64,000 nucleotides of DNA, from contig OZ316776.1 in assembly GCA_973851085.1 (NCBI GenBank), forward strand, positions 4,402,001 through 4,466,000, read 5' to 3'. The notes beneath the pieces were generated by a model. That model saw only the letters and a list, made by a program, of their open reading frames with translations, did no database searches and had not been told where the DNA came from. Position numbers and translations under genes: made by a program. The stretch is from Ptychomitrium polyphyllum. Its lineage: Eukaryota. Positions 28,001 to 40,900 of this stretch are shown here, piece by piece; positions within the stretch are counted from its first letter, which is position 1, and each line of letters starts with the position of its first letter.

Positions 28001-28208
28001 ATTAATATCTGAGCTGTAGATGATTGATTGAATGATCGTGTTTTTATTTTAGGATATTATGAGCGTCCGCTATGACACCGAGTTACGAACAGAGTGGTGC
28101 AGTGCTGCTGGCCAACCTCGGCACTGTTTCCTGTTTGCAAGGAAGTTCACAAAGGCAGCAGCGTTCCAGCTGATTGACGAAGTTAAACGCTATGAAAACC
28201 GGGCTTGA
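25016..28208 (+). CDS. Core-2/I-branching beta-1,6-N-acetylglucosaminyltransferase family protein (DUF266/Branch, BC10-like), type II membrane
   Basis: Exons 25016-25273, 25493-25609, 25760-25860, 26125-26196, 26460-26541, 26714-26794, 27210-27245, 27421-27486, 27814-27942, 28053-28208 join in frame. N-terminal TM helix; motifs KLAFMF, YSVYIHSKPG, VEWGEPTMILAER, NERFFLLSDSCIPLYNF, WRKGSQW, NCIPDEHYIQTLL, CFLFARKF. Confidence 0.93.
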
Positions 28209-28935
28209 TATGACTTCTTGGATTAGATTGTGGGTTTAGCATTTGGCCGAACTCGGCCAATTAGCTGACTTGGCTCCCATCCAAACTTCGGTTGCTGCTC
28301 AACTGGAATGCGCAAAGAGGATTCCAGCTCTGAAAGCATATAACTCAATCTGCCTTATAGAAAATTGATTCTGTTGATTGGTAGAGGATATTGATGCGGT
28401 GCTTGGTTGGATGTTAAATCCTCCACAGCACCCCTGCCTCTGTTGTTACATCATTGATCAGAGAGGTTGAGGCAGTTTTGCATCCATGACCACGGCTCAG
28501 AGCTCAAACAGCCAGTAGAATGAACTGGCTTTTCGACGATATTCGTTTTAATTTTGAGTCTGGTGTGCTACTGCCATTTTCTGGTGTATCGGCTTTGATA
28601 CGACATGAAGTAGCGAGAACAATGAGCTAACCCAGTAGAATGAACTGATGCTGCTGCTCATGTGGTTGATTGGTTCATTGATTGATCTGCCTCCTTGAGA
28701 AATTAGTGGAGTGTTATACGTTGTGGAAGTAGGACCTTTCTTAATAACTCTTGTTTGTTTCTGTGTTGTTTTGTAGGGCGAGGTATTTTGTTTTGGTATT
28801 GCATTGTTTCCTTGTTACGGTATTGGTGCTGTTTTTTTCTCGTTACTGTTAAATGAAAGAGTTGTTTAAAGTTCGTTGTTTCTATTCTAGTTCATTCAGG
28901 AAGTGAACCAACCAATTCAGTTAGTAGTTATGAGG

Positions 28936-29062
28936 GGGTTTCACACCATGGTATTGTACTTGGTCAGCAAACTTGTTGAGTGGAAAATTCCACTCCAGTT
29001 ACAGTAGAGCTTTCTATCCAACAGGGTAGTTGGATGGAATTCAACACTATGGTATGAAACCC
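28936..29062. mobile_element. MITE-like 127-bp element with ~21-bp terminal inverted repeats
   Basis: Left end GGGTTTCACACCATGGTATTG versus reverse complement of the right end GGGTTTCATACCATAGTGTTG (18/21). No coding capacity. No clear target-site duplication. Confidence 0.55.
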
Positions 29063-29692
29063 ACTACGATTATTAGTGATAGCAAAATTTTGCGATGGTA
29101 AACAATATGACATGGAGCACAGTTACTGTCACACATGAAATGGGTAAGTCTATAGGACATCGTAAACATACTGGGATTAACTCAAATGCAGATTTTGGAT
29201 GTGCCCAGCAATGTAGTAACGATAATTTATTCCATTGGAAACACACTCGAAGAGTTTTGCAAAATCCCCAAAACATTGTTATAAGCCCATTGGTCAACTA
29301 GAGAAGTTGTTTGTGAGGTGAGTTGTTCCACTTGATAGTCATTATATAAACTAAGGGAACTCAAGAGTCCTACAGCATATAGAACTCTTCCGCAGTAAAT
29401 TTATGAATGTTTTACAATTCTGGACATATGTAGTACTTGTTATTTTTCAAGAACGTAGACTATAACTTATGAAGAATTTATACTAGCTTAGGTTCTTCAA
29501 AATTTTGATCTCTACCTGGATTAATGCTCGTTGGAGCGGAGATAGTGTGTGAGCTTCTCCTTTACACGAAACTTACGTGAGGGTGGCAATGGCCCTTGAG
29601 CCAAAGTGTTTCAGGTGTCCTATTCTAAACTTCTCTTGTTGCTAGCACATAAAGTTTTTCCACGTGAGTAACTAGCTCGTCACATGACTCTT

Positions 29693-32600
29693 TTAACTCA
29701 TTATAGAACCTAACTCTGAAAAATCCCATAAGAAGACATCAGAATTAAGAACCTTATCAAGTCCAGCAACATCGCCATTGACAAGACTTGTATTGCTGCA
29801 GCTACTTCCACTTGGGCTTGGACTCCATGGTTCCATTTCGCAGCTTGTTGGAACATGCGTGTTGTTACTAGGACTCTCCTGGCAGTGGCTTCTCGAACTT
29901 GTTTCTTGTTGATCACACAAAAGATCTGTGAACATGTGTGGTGTGTCAGCCATAAATGGCAATTGCAGATTTGGAATGTTGCAATTTGCACCGCCTAGTG
30001 CTGTACCTGCAAGTTCATGCAGTGAGAATTCGTAATAGATCAACCATTTATGGATAATATCTACAGCTGGAGCGGCGATAGGACTTCCTAGCATTTTGTG
30101 GTTGCGGAGTTTGAAATGGCACATTCTACTGATTCAGAATATGCTATTTTTTCTCTCCCGTATATTCAATGTGTTCGTTTGCCCCCTAATACCTTACTGT
30201 GATACCCTTATCTCCTGGATAGTTTGTTTGTCAATTGTGAGTACTTTTGGTGGAATCTTTGTTTACCTGTACTACCGCCCTCTCCTCGGTAGAATCGGCC
30301 ACTCATCACTGCCATGTTTCTGCACATGGAGTCTTCTCTTGGCTTCATAATATCTCCACCACGTTGCACCTGTAAAATAGCCAGAACACAATGTGTTGAT
30401 CAATTTGTATGCAGTCATCTTAGGTCTTCATTGAGCCAGCACGTAAAGCACACTTGAAGAACTTTCAGTAGACATCGTGGATCCTTTAGCACTTGTCATT
30501 TACCATGTAATGAATTGCAATATCACCAAAACTCCACGTATGCGGGAAAATATTTCACTAATACTACATCAATTTTAGACGATAAGATGATTTTAGCTGC
30601 ATAGAAGCTTGACAATACGGAGTACGAAACATGCATGGTGATACGATTGTGATCAATTGTTTACCTCATTTGTTTGCACAGCTCTTGAGAGGCTGTACTT
30701 AATTTTTTGCACAACAGCGTCAACCTGAAGATTCTGGTTTGTCAACCTTGGGTTACACTGGTCATTGACAGACGTATTATAAGCACTTGTAATGACCGAC
30801 CTTGGCTGTGAGACAGAAGACCGTGGACTAGCAACCATGTCCCATGATTGTCGCCCTACTGAAAATCCATGTGTAGTGTTTGGCATGGCAACATTAGAGC
30901 CTTCCAATTGCCAGTCAGGCCGTTTCCTCATCAGAACGTTCAACATGTCGTCTTTGAAACAACCAAGTGCAGCCTCAGCAATTTCACCTCCTTTAGGAAG
31001 TGCCATACTACCAGCAAGATCAGCTAGCAGCTGAGAAATAGGTTTGTGTGTGATAGGATCAATGCCCATTTCACACAGTTTCTTCTTGAGACGTGTGTTC
31101 CAATAGTTTTTCACATCGTTATCAGTTCGCCCTGGAAGTTGCGCAGCAATAAGGGACCAACTGCACAAGCCAAAGTCTCTTCAGAATCTTCATGAATCAA
31201 AACTCCACTTATGCATCTAACTCGCCCCAGGTGCTTGCACAACTTTTGCAATGCCCTTCTGAAAATTATAAAGTGGTTCCTTATGATTTCAATCAAAATG
31301 GCTAGGAACAGTCACTAGCCAGATTTGTTCCTTGATGATTGTTTGAAAGAGTCTATACTGTAGAAGTAAACATAAGAACCATGATTTAATGACCTACCAC
31401 AAGTTCTGCAATGATGCTCACGTCGTAGCCGTGACCCTGTTCGTGGCGTGTATAGTTTAAAAGTTCCATTTCCAGATTTGGACGCAACAGAAGCCTCGAC
31501 TTCAAAACAGAAAATCATTCTACGAAAAATCGCTACTAATTAACCATGTATTCGAACGTTACAACTGGCTTAGTATACCTTGTATCGTCATACGCTTTAT
31601 AAATCACTGTAACTCTAGTATCACTTAGAATCGTTAAGAAAAGACAGCCGAACCTACAAAGCATGCTTCATCTATGCTAAGTTTTGTTAAAATCTGAATT
31701 CGTAGAAGAATTCTTTGAACAGTACCTGCTCAGTTTTTCACTTAGGCTTGAATGACCTATCAACGCTTGCAGCTTGTTCTTCTCTAAACATGTCTAGAAG
31801 TAGGAAAGTACTAGTATCCAGTCAGTGTTTGTGAGATGTACCAGGTGAACGTCATGCCCGTGTACTAAGGCTCTCGTCCAATCATGGACTGCTCATTTAG
31901 AATGTTCCACCTGCACTAATGTACTTACGGTTGTGAAAATCATCGAAGGTTTCAGGTGACAGATTAGGGGTACTAAATTGCCTAGACAAATACATCTCTC
32001 TAGAGTAGGCCAGAGAATCGGAACATCAAGTGGGGTAAGGTAAACTTCTCGAAGTTGGCTGCTAAATTGGTAGGGCAAGCAAGACCCAGCTTCCAGCACA
32101 TACTTTCTAAAGGTACGTACAATTTATAGGACGCTCGCGCATCTCCGCACGGAATCCGTCCTCTAGGAAGAGATATGAGTTCTAAACATGCAATTCGTAG
32201 ATCAATTAACTGTTCAGAAACGTCGTAGTTCCTGCATTAAATGGGAGTTCTCTTAAGAAATCTTCTCGAGCACTGACGGTACGTTCGCAAATGAATATGA
32301 GCGTTACGAGTACAACCGTTATCTATCGAAAATTTACCCCCCGTTTCTAAAGTACGTTAATAAAGAGCGAAGTATTCTTAGACCTGGAAACCGTAGCGGT
32401 CCCTGTCACATGTTTCTGCTGTGATACACAGCGCGTGTAAGTCTATGTTAATCTTTCTTAACTGATAACAATTGCAATTGTCTTGGTGATTAGACTGGAT
32501 GAGAAGTAGTCACTCCTCAAGTGAAAGCCTCGAGCACGCATCACATTATCGGCGGAATTGTGCCACCAAGGTTGGCTGCTGAGCAGCCTTCAAGTCTATG

Positions 32601-33891
32601 TAGAAGTGTAGCAAGGAAACCTGACAATTCCGGTCATGTTTACTAACCTCGTGTATTAATCATGATAATCATTTCAGCACCTGATGAAATTCCGGCAACT
32701 TCTTCAATTGATAATATAGAAAAATAAGAGGTATGAATATCTTACCGGCTTCCCAAGGCTGCATGAAGGTTGACGATGAGCTGTTCTTCATGGTCTGTAA
32801 ACCTCCCGTGCTTAAGATCTGGCCGCAAATAGTTTGTCCAACGTAGCCTACAGCTTTTTCCGCAGCGCTGCAAACCTGTTGACACCTTTTACGCATGAGT
32901 TCACTTCTCTTCTCTAACTTTCGTTCCATGAGAAAAACAGTCTAGACAGCAGCCAGATTATCGAGCAACGTTAATGCTGATATCCCAATAGACAAGATGC
33001 CGTGTTGCGGATGAGACCAGCATACTCTACACGTAATAACAACTACCTAACAGTGATTTAGAATCTTGAATTCCTACACCTATGTTCAACACGATATCGA
33101 ACGAAATTAACAAGGTTCTGCCAGTCGGTACAGAATTAAGCAGCGGCAATACTTCAACAACTCCGGGATGCACACACGAAAATTGTACTTTTAAGGCTCA
33201 AGCTGCAAAGCTGAATCTCACAAATACAGATAAATTATGAATTCCTCTAACAAAGTCCTGAATAAGGGACCGCTCACGCCGTAATTTCACGCTCATCTTA
33301 AATCATCAACCGACAAAGATTCAAACGCTACTCATCTCATGAACCCGTCAATGCAGGATATCGCGATACGGAGCAATGAGACATAGTTCAATCACGAACT
33401 AATCCGATTCATCACATGTTCATCAATCCGTTAAGTCATAAATGCTCCTCCAAAAACCGTATTCACCACAACTAATGAATATATGCTCCTCGCATCGTTA
33501 TCTATGCATTCAAGACATCTTCGGTCCTGTTTGCAACGTTCTCACCAAAGTCCTCCATTGTCCCTCTCTTATTTGAGCTTAATTATTGAATGAAACGCTA
33601 GCTGCAAAGCAACCAAATACACCGCTCTCACTATCCTTCCATTGATCAGTCCATCGTCTTTATGATTCCACCGTAATTGAATACAAAGTGGAAAGCCATG
33701 CAATGCGTGAGTGAATTCATTCAAGCGGGTATATATGTAGTAGCTTAATTGCATATACCGGCTTTTTTCGGCAGCGTGCGCCAGCTCCCTGTGCCGTGCT
33801 GCGCAATGCAGGCCAAGAGCTTGGCGTCCTCCTCCGGTGTCCAGGGCCCTCGCTTGACGCTGTCTTTCTCGCAGCACGGCGCGCGGCCCAT
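29693..33891 (-). CDS. MYB80: R2R3-MYB transcription factor, MYB80 (MS188/MYB103)-like
   Basis: Exons 33891-33759 (133 bp) and 32875-32746 (130 bp), the canonical R2R3-MYB exon sizes, then 31160-30665, 30369-30267 and 30006-29693 (last two less certain). [25 protein letters not shown]...[24 protein letters not shown]...[22 protein letters not shown], followed by [17 protein letters not shown]...[17 protein letters not shown], the MYB80-type post-R3 motif. Confidence 0.9.
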
Positions 33892-34999
33892 GGCGAGCCT
33901 CACGTCACCTCACCTTCGGAGCGAGGATCGACTCCCTCACTCCTTTCCTCTCCTCTCCTCACCTCTCCGCTCCAGAGTTCCACTCCCTGCAACGGCCTGA
34001 AAGCACTCAAACAACATGAAGAGCATGAGCGGCGCGAGGAATGAACAACTCTCAAAGGGACTCTCACGGCCACCTCCAACGCTGCTCTGACGCACAGAAA
34101 GACAAAGAGAAAGAGAAAGAGGGAGCGAGAGACACGGACAAGGTAGAACCGATGTTGTTCTCCTCACCGATCTGATGACGAATTGGAAAAAGAAGGGAAA
34201 AGAAAAAGAAAATACACATACTAAGGGAGGCCAATGGCGATTGGCCCTTGCAAACGAAAGGCACACAAAGGGCGGGGCGAGGCGGCCGGGCAAGGGACGG
34301 GACAGGACGGGTGTGGGGTGGGGTCGGACGGGTTTAGGCTGGGACGAGGCGGGGTAAGGATGGGAGGATACCGGGACGGGGGGGCAATGGAGCGGGTATA
34401 GGATGGGCCGGGTGCGGGGCTGGGACGCGCCGGGTACGGGGTTTGTCGCGCACGTGGCGGGGACGATGGGGGCCTCATGTGTTGTGCGCCCGCCTCTTCC
34501 GGGCCCCCCGCCCCTCGTGAGCTTCCCCACTCGGATTCCAGTTCCACTGCCCTGCACTCTCTGGACATTCAGCACTCTGGCACTTCGTCGTTGGATAAGG
34601 CTCTCCCTCTTGTTTCTCCCCTTGAACAAGCCTCTTCATGTCCGCGTTTTGGGGCGTGGTTTCGATGAATCCCATTGGCCCACGCCCCGTGCCTTGTATT
34701 CTGGGTGCTTATGTTCCGGATACTCAAGCGGTTTTGTTGTCCATGTGCCATGCAAGTATGGAAATTTCATAGCATGTAGGAAGTTTTTCATGCTATGAAG
34801 TATATGATCTTTGATAGAAGAAGGTTATTAAAGGCCAACATCTGGTTTTTTCTATTTTGAGCTCATAATGTTCTTTCAAGTGATCCAAAGGTATCAATTG
34901 TACTTTATAGGTTATAATTACCCTTTTGAATGACAAATGAAATTTACCATGATCTTTTTTTGAATGAAGATTTAATTTAGTAGCATATCTTGATGGTCC

Positions 35000-37900
35000 T
35001 AAGTTTCTATTCATTTTTAGAATTTAATTTGTTGGAAACTACAAAGTGACATAATCAAGCATGCATGTAATTATGATGTAAATGACATAAATAAGTCATT
35101 GAAGAAAGTTTATGGTTGTAGCGTCTAGCCTTTGAAATAAATTATGGAAATTGTAGATATTGATATTCAAATCCACCTTATCTAATTGTTACCTTTATAA
35201 GTGTTATTTTCTATAAGCGTCACATTTTTCATATTTTGTCACAAAAAACACTAAAAAATGTTAAGTGTTATAAAAATTATATCCCCTGTTAAATCGGACT
35301 TTACAAATGTCATTTATACCAAAATCCATAAAACAAAAAAAGAAGAAGGTTTATGATATTTATACCATATATTTTTATCCAAGTAATTATTACATCCCTG
35401 TTATTATGTTACAATAAATGCTATAAGGGTTGCAATTTCGAACTCCAAAAGGATAACCCATACAGAGCATGGACTGTATATTTCGTGTGAGATATCTTCA
35501 GTGTTTAATATCCACCCAGAGTGAAGCAAGTTGCATCCATTCGTACCTGCCCTCCAATGGATTATTGCAGTACCTAGTGTCATAACAGTTGTCCTGGAAC
35601 TCATTGTGCACCTATAAAGAACAGCAATATACTTCCAGAGTGCGATGGCTGTAAAGCTATAGCCTAGATTACCATAACATACTGGTTACATTGATCAGGC
35701 TTCCCAGTGTTGGATTATTCTTGAACCACAGAGCCTAACATTTCCCAATACCCTTATCTGTCAACTTGGCTACCTGGGGTTCGTATAAGTTACAATATAT
35801 GCATCCTAAGAACCTTGAAATTTAGGATAATTCTTGATAGGCCTCAACATCTAAACCTCTTAACATCCTAAAGTTATTTGTACATTCACCCCTTTTTTTG
35901 AATCAAAATCTCACAAGTGATTTCAATTTCTTCTTCATGTCATTTGTGTTTAAAGTTTTTGACTTTTATAGCACTTAAGATCGAATTTGTAATCTTTAGT
36001 AAATACTTTATTTTTAATATCATTTCTTCACAAAGGGCACCTTTGGAACTTTAGTGCCAAACTAATAGTTAACTTTAATAACAAATAATCTTTCTTTGGA
36101 GATCTAAGCCAATCCAAAGGTGACATATAGCAATTTCTTCAAATAAAATGGCAAATTGGCCTCATAAGTGCAAAATCCTATTTTCTTTTTCTTTTTCAAA
36201 TATTCATTGGTTTTGTAAGCTTCAATAATTTCTTGTGTCTAATAATAGGCTAGCACATAACCTAATGTATTTAAAAACAAATATACAAAGTTCTTCAAAG
36301 GCTCCATTGAGCAAATTTTTCTAGAGGTATAATCTATCTTTTTAAAATATTATTCTATTGTTACATTAATGTTCAATTAAATATGATGAATGTACAAGTA
36401 GCCAATTCATTGTCTAAATTCATGCCTTTGTGAATCAAATGCCACATACGTTTTTTTTTAGTTTATTATTAATCTATCACATCTAAAGGTAAAGATGAAT
36501 TATTTTGAATACCAAAAATATTGTATGGATTTTAAAGTCAATTGAAGCAAATGTACTAATGTGTTTAATATATTGGTTTATATTTTCTATAGCATTGATA
36601 CTTCTTTCATCAATATAATCATTTCTAATGATGGTTCTTTATAAGGTTCTCAATTAGTCTTAGGACATAACCATTAAAAAAACATTGTCATGTGAACAAT
36701 TCCATAGAATAATTTATTTATTTTTGAACATGTTAAATTGACTTTATACATGTCATTAAAACATTATTCAAATTTATTTTGATTAAATGAATTACCAAAT
36801 TTGTTCAAACATGTTATATATGAGATACCAATGTTTATTATAAAGGTTGAATTTTTTTTAAATTGACACTAAAAGAGATTTTTTGGAAACCTACAATCTA
36901 AAAAAATTTAACATTTTCATTTCAAAAAATGTTATAAAACTATTGGTTTGAAAATTTAGGTGAAATCGGAAAAGTAACTCTATTAAAATTTATTATAGGA
37001 ATAAAGCATTCATTGCATTACTAAAATGCAATGAATTTTTTTTGATTTCATATAAAAGCTAGATATAATATGTTGTGACATAAACAAATCCAAATTGTAT
37101 TTTCTATGCATTGGTTTTTTAACAACTAATAGCTTCTTAGGTTAATGGTATCCTACATTCATTAAAGCATAAATCTTATAAAATATGTACTTAATACTTA
37201 ATTGATTTGAATGGATTTTGCATCAAATCTTTGACTTTTATCAAAATCATCAAATTTTTCTTACAATCTCTCAATTTTTAATGAATTTTATGCCTTCATC
37301 CTATATATATGCAATATGAATATCAAAATGAGACAAAAATTATAGAAATTTAATAGTATCATTAATTTTTAGCTATTATTAGTGAAGTATTTGTTCAAAG
37401 TGTTGATTCACCACAAATTTAAATTAGAATTTTAGCTATTTAAGGTTTTAAAATATACCATATAGTTTTTAATTTGCTATAATGACACAAAATTGAAACT
37501 TTGAGTGCACTTTTTGAATCATCATTTCAATTTTCAAATCATAACTTGGATCTTAATATTCATTATATATCTAGAGTCTTCTTAATTTATCTAAGATAGA
37601 CATAACATTCTTTAGCTAGATGATCCTATAACAATAGTGAAACAATACTTAGCTTCTCCTTAAGCGCCCTAAACATGTTGGTTATAATGGATACTCCAGA
37701 TGCTCTCCTCTAGAAATGGTGGTGCAGGATCATGTGGTTATGGAGTCAGGCAGTATCCAATGTTGAGGCCTCTGGAATGAATGGATATCCTTAGATTTTG
37801 TAGTAACCACATCTACAAGACAAACTGTCCTTGCATGTGCATGAATTTTGTTTATATCAAGTGGTGGTTATGGGCAACAGATGAGAAACTGCCATGCACA

Positions 37901-40900
37901 AAATAGTCACATTGCTTGTGATTGGTTTCTCATGATCGTAGAAACTCCAATTTGGTGATAAAGACTTGCATGATGTCACATTGTATGGTGTACATGATAG
38001 GACAATAAAAACACATTGAAACAAGAGTAGCAAAATAGAATGTGCCTTGGTCTTGGCTTGCAAAACTTGCAAGTATTGAAGGCCCTCAACAATGTACTTG
38101 ATTATATTAACACCTGTATTGGCTGTGGTGTAAGACATGAGCTCATCCTAGACAACACATCTTGTCCTTTCTCAAGGGATGTGTACATTACAATAAATGA
38201 ATATACATGTATTTTGTATTCAATCCTCATATGTATCTTATGTGGACCACAAAATTTGCTTCAAGGTGCACTTGATGCAATATTGAACTCATTACAGTGA
38301 TCATTTGGAGCCCCTTGACCATCTGAAATGGATGCTGTAAAAACAGGTAAATCATGAAGAAATAATATATGATAGCAAGTACATACACATAGCTTGTGCA
38401 GATGACCCAAACTTTACACTGGCAGTGTTATATGCTCTCAAATTACATAAAGACTTGAAATTATGGGTATAAGCTCCATTCTTCATCCTGTGAATGACAA
38501 AGATGAATAGGATCTTTATAAAGCTTGTTTACTCTTAGAGGGAGGTACTGGATCACTACCCTACATCACCACCAGGTTTTCAGTTTCACTCTTCAATATC
38601 TTCAATGATTCAGCAGCCAGCTGAACCACCAGGTCTATGCCAATGAGATGGTGCAAAGCCACAACTCTACAAGATAAGTTACTGGATATTTTTAGATATT
38701 TGCTGGTAACTTCACTGTGTAACTGAACTCCAAATTTCAGTAAAGTTTAGAAGTATAGAACTATACTTCTAATGTCTATAGTGAACTATATTACAATGAG
38801 CAATACATTGCCTCATGAATGTAATTTTAAGCATATGGCTGAAGCAATTCAAAATGAGTTGATGATTCATCCTGTAAAAAGGGTATTCCATGTATGCATC
38901 TGTTCTTTAACTATAATGTGATTCTCCCAGATGAATATTGGACCTTTATGGAGTAAATCAAAAAAAATCCCTACCACTTATTTCCAAAAGGTTTACAAAG
39001 CCCATTGTAATCAATATTTTGTTATATTTGAAATGGTTCTGCACTTCCGCTTGGTCTACAATAAAAAGAAACATAAGAATTCAAATTGGCATGGTTCTAA
39101 TTGGTTCGTAAACCCCAATTTGAAGTATTTAATTGACAACAAATATCCAAAATATGCCATCATTTTATTATTTTTTAAGGGGTTTCTAAAAGTTAAAGTT
39201 TGTATACATATGTGATAATAAAGATGTTTTTATGGATCAACAAAATGATGAAAATATTCTATGATTTACAAAAATATCTTCAAAATATACCTTTGAACAA
39301 AATTTTAAAAACATTCTTATATATAAATTTGTTTTAGATTCATATTGCAAGCTATAATATATTCAAATAATTTAAACATCTTTCATGGAATTATTAAATT
39401 ATAGCATGCAATTTATTGCATGCAAATCTATGCTTTTTCTCAAAATGATTTTTAAGTGGACTAAACTTAAATATAGAACTATTCACATTCTTTATAATTA
39501 TATTTGAAAAAATTATTTAGACAACCAAAATTAATTAGCTTTAATACCACATTAACATAATGATGTATCCTACCCAATCGCTATGAAAACATGTGGTATC
39601 ATCACCTAAAAAGTAAAATATTGAATGAAAATGTATACTTTGTCTAGTGCTAAAACTAACATTTTTCATCTTTTTAAACTTATTCAAAAGATAATTTTAA
39701 AATATAGACATAGTGAGTGTATTCGTCTACCCAACTTCTTGAAATTTCAAAATACATTCAGTTGCTACATTTAAGGTTCATCAAGTATATTCTAGACGTG
39801 AGAATTATTTTAGAATTATTTTACACTATAATCATTAAAATGAAACATTATATTATATATGAAAAATTTATATATTGTGCAACAATAAATTGCTTACACC
39901 GCATGTGACATTCAGTAAGCAATGATTTAAAACCAAATTGAATAAGCAGTTCCATGCATGCCTTTGATATTCAATTAGACTTAGTCTAACAATGAACTTA
40001 CACTATACCTTGGATTTGTTACCTTGGAAAAGAACAGTTTGAGGTCCATTTCAAGAATGCTATAGTGCCTCTTAAAACAGTTTCATAAGTAATTTAATAA
40101 ACTGAGATGCTGGAATTATGAATGAAGGATTTCATATATCTATAAGATACATATCAAATCTGAGTTACAACATGTCAAAAGTATGCATTTCTCCCCATTG
40201 GAAGTATGAGCTAGAATGGAAAGTCAACCTCTGTGAGCCATTTTGTGTGGTCCTCTTGTACCAAGGTATTGCTCCTGGGCATTCAAGTGGGAGCCATACC
40301 ATTGTACCTACCTCAGCAGCTCAGGCTGAATGAGTGATAAATCAGTAGTACGTACCTTCTTCAAGTGCTAACCAATATTACAAGTTCAGATTCTTGTGCT
40401 CAGTGTAATTATTACGCTTACCCAGATGAACTTTGCATTGTTTTAAATGGATGTGACACATGGATATGGGACAACTTCAACATGTGCTTCTGAAGTAGAA
40501 CTCATTCAGAAACTAGAGTAAACTAAAAGCATGGTCAGTCTAGATCAGCTAATTGTCTGCATGAGTTCCACTGTAAAAGCCCATAGTGCCAAGACAAAGC
40601 ATAAGAAGAAGCTGTGGGGTTGTCATGATATTGCAAAGTCTATGTCAGTTTGAAGGCTTGAAATTTAAAAAGATCAAATAAATCATATGGGAAAGTTTGG
40701 ATTGTTTCATGTGTTGATGTACAACTTGCGCTACGATCCAAACGGCCATACGGAAAATTTTCCTGATCGGATGTTTTTCCGCTTCATGGATACCATGTTG
40801 TATACCTGGCCAGAAATCTGTTGCAAATGACTCTGTGCTTTTCCCTACAAGTGCTATCACTTGCTTCTACACGTTGTTCCATCATTGCATGCAAGTAGAA

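Noticed and set aside
28512..28647. Two copies of CCAGTAGAATGAACTG 120 bp apart (CRISPR-like spacing considered)
   Set aside because: Only two copies in a eukaryotic 3'UTR; best explained as a small local duplication.
33937..34798. 230-aa and 131-aa Pro/Gly-rich ORFs upstream of the MYB gene
   Set aside because: They arise from the GC-rich promoter/5'UTR with G-tracts; no domain similarity.
39539..39551. GCTTTAATACCA resembling a decayed tRNA-iMet PBS (TGGTATCAGAGC) on the minus strand
   Set aside because: Two mismatches and no recognisable adjacent LTR or gag.
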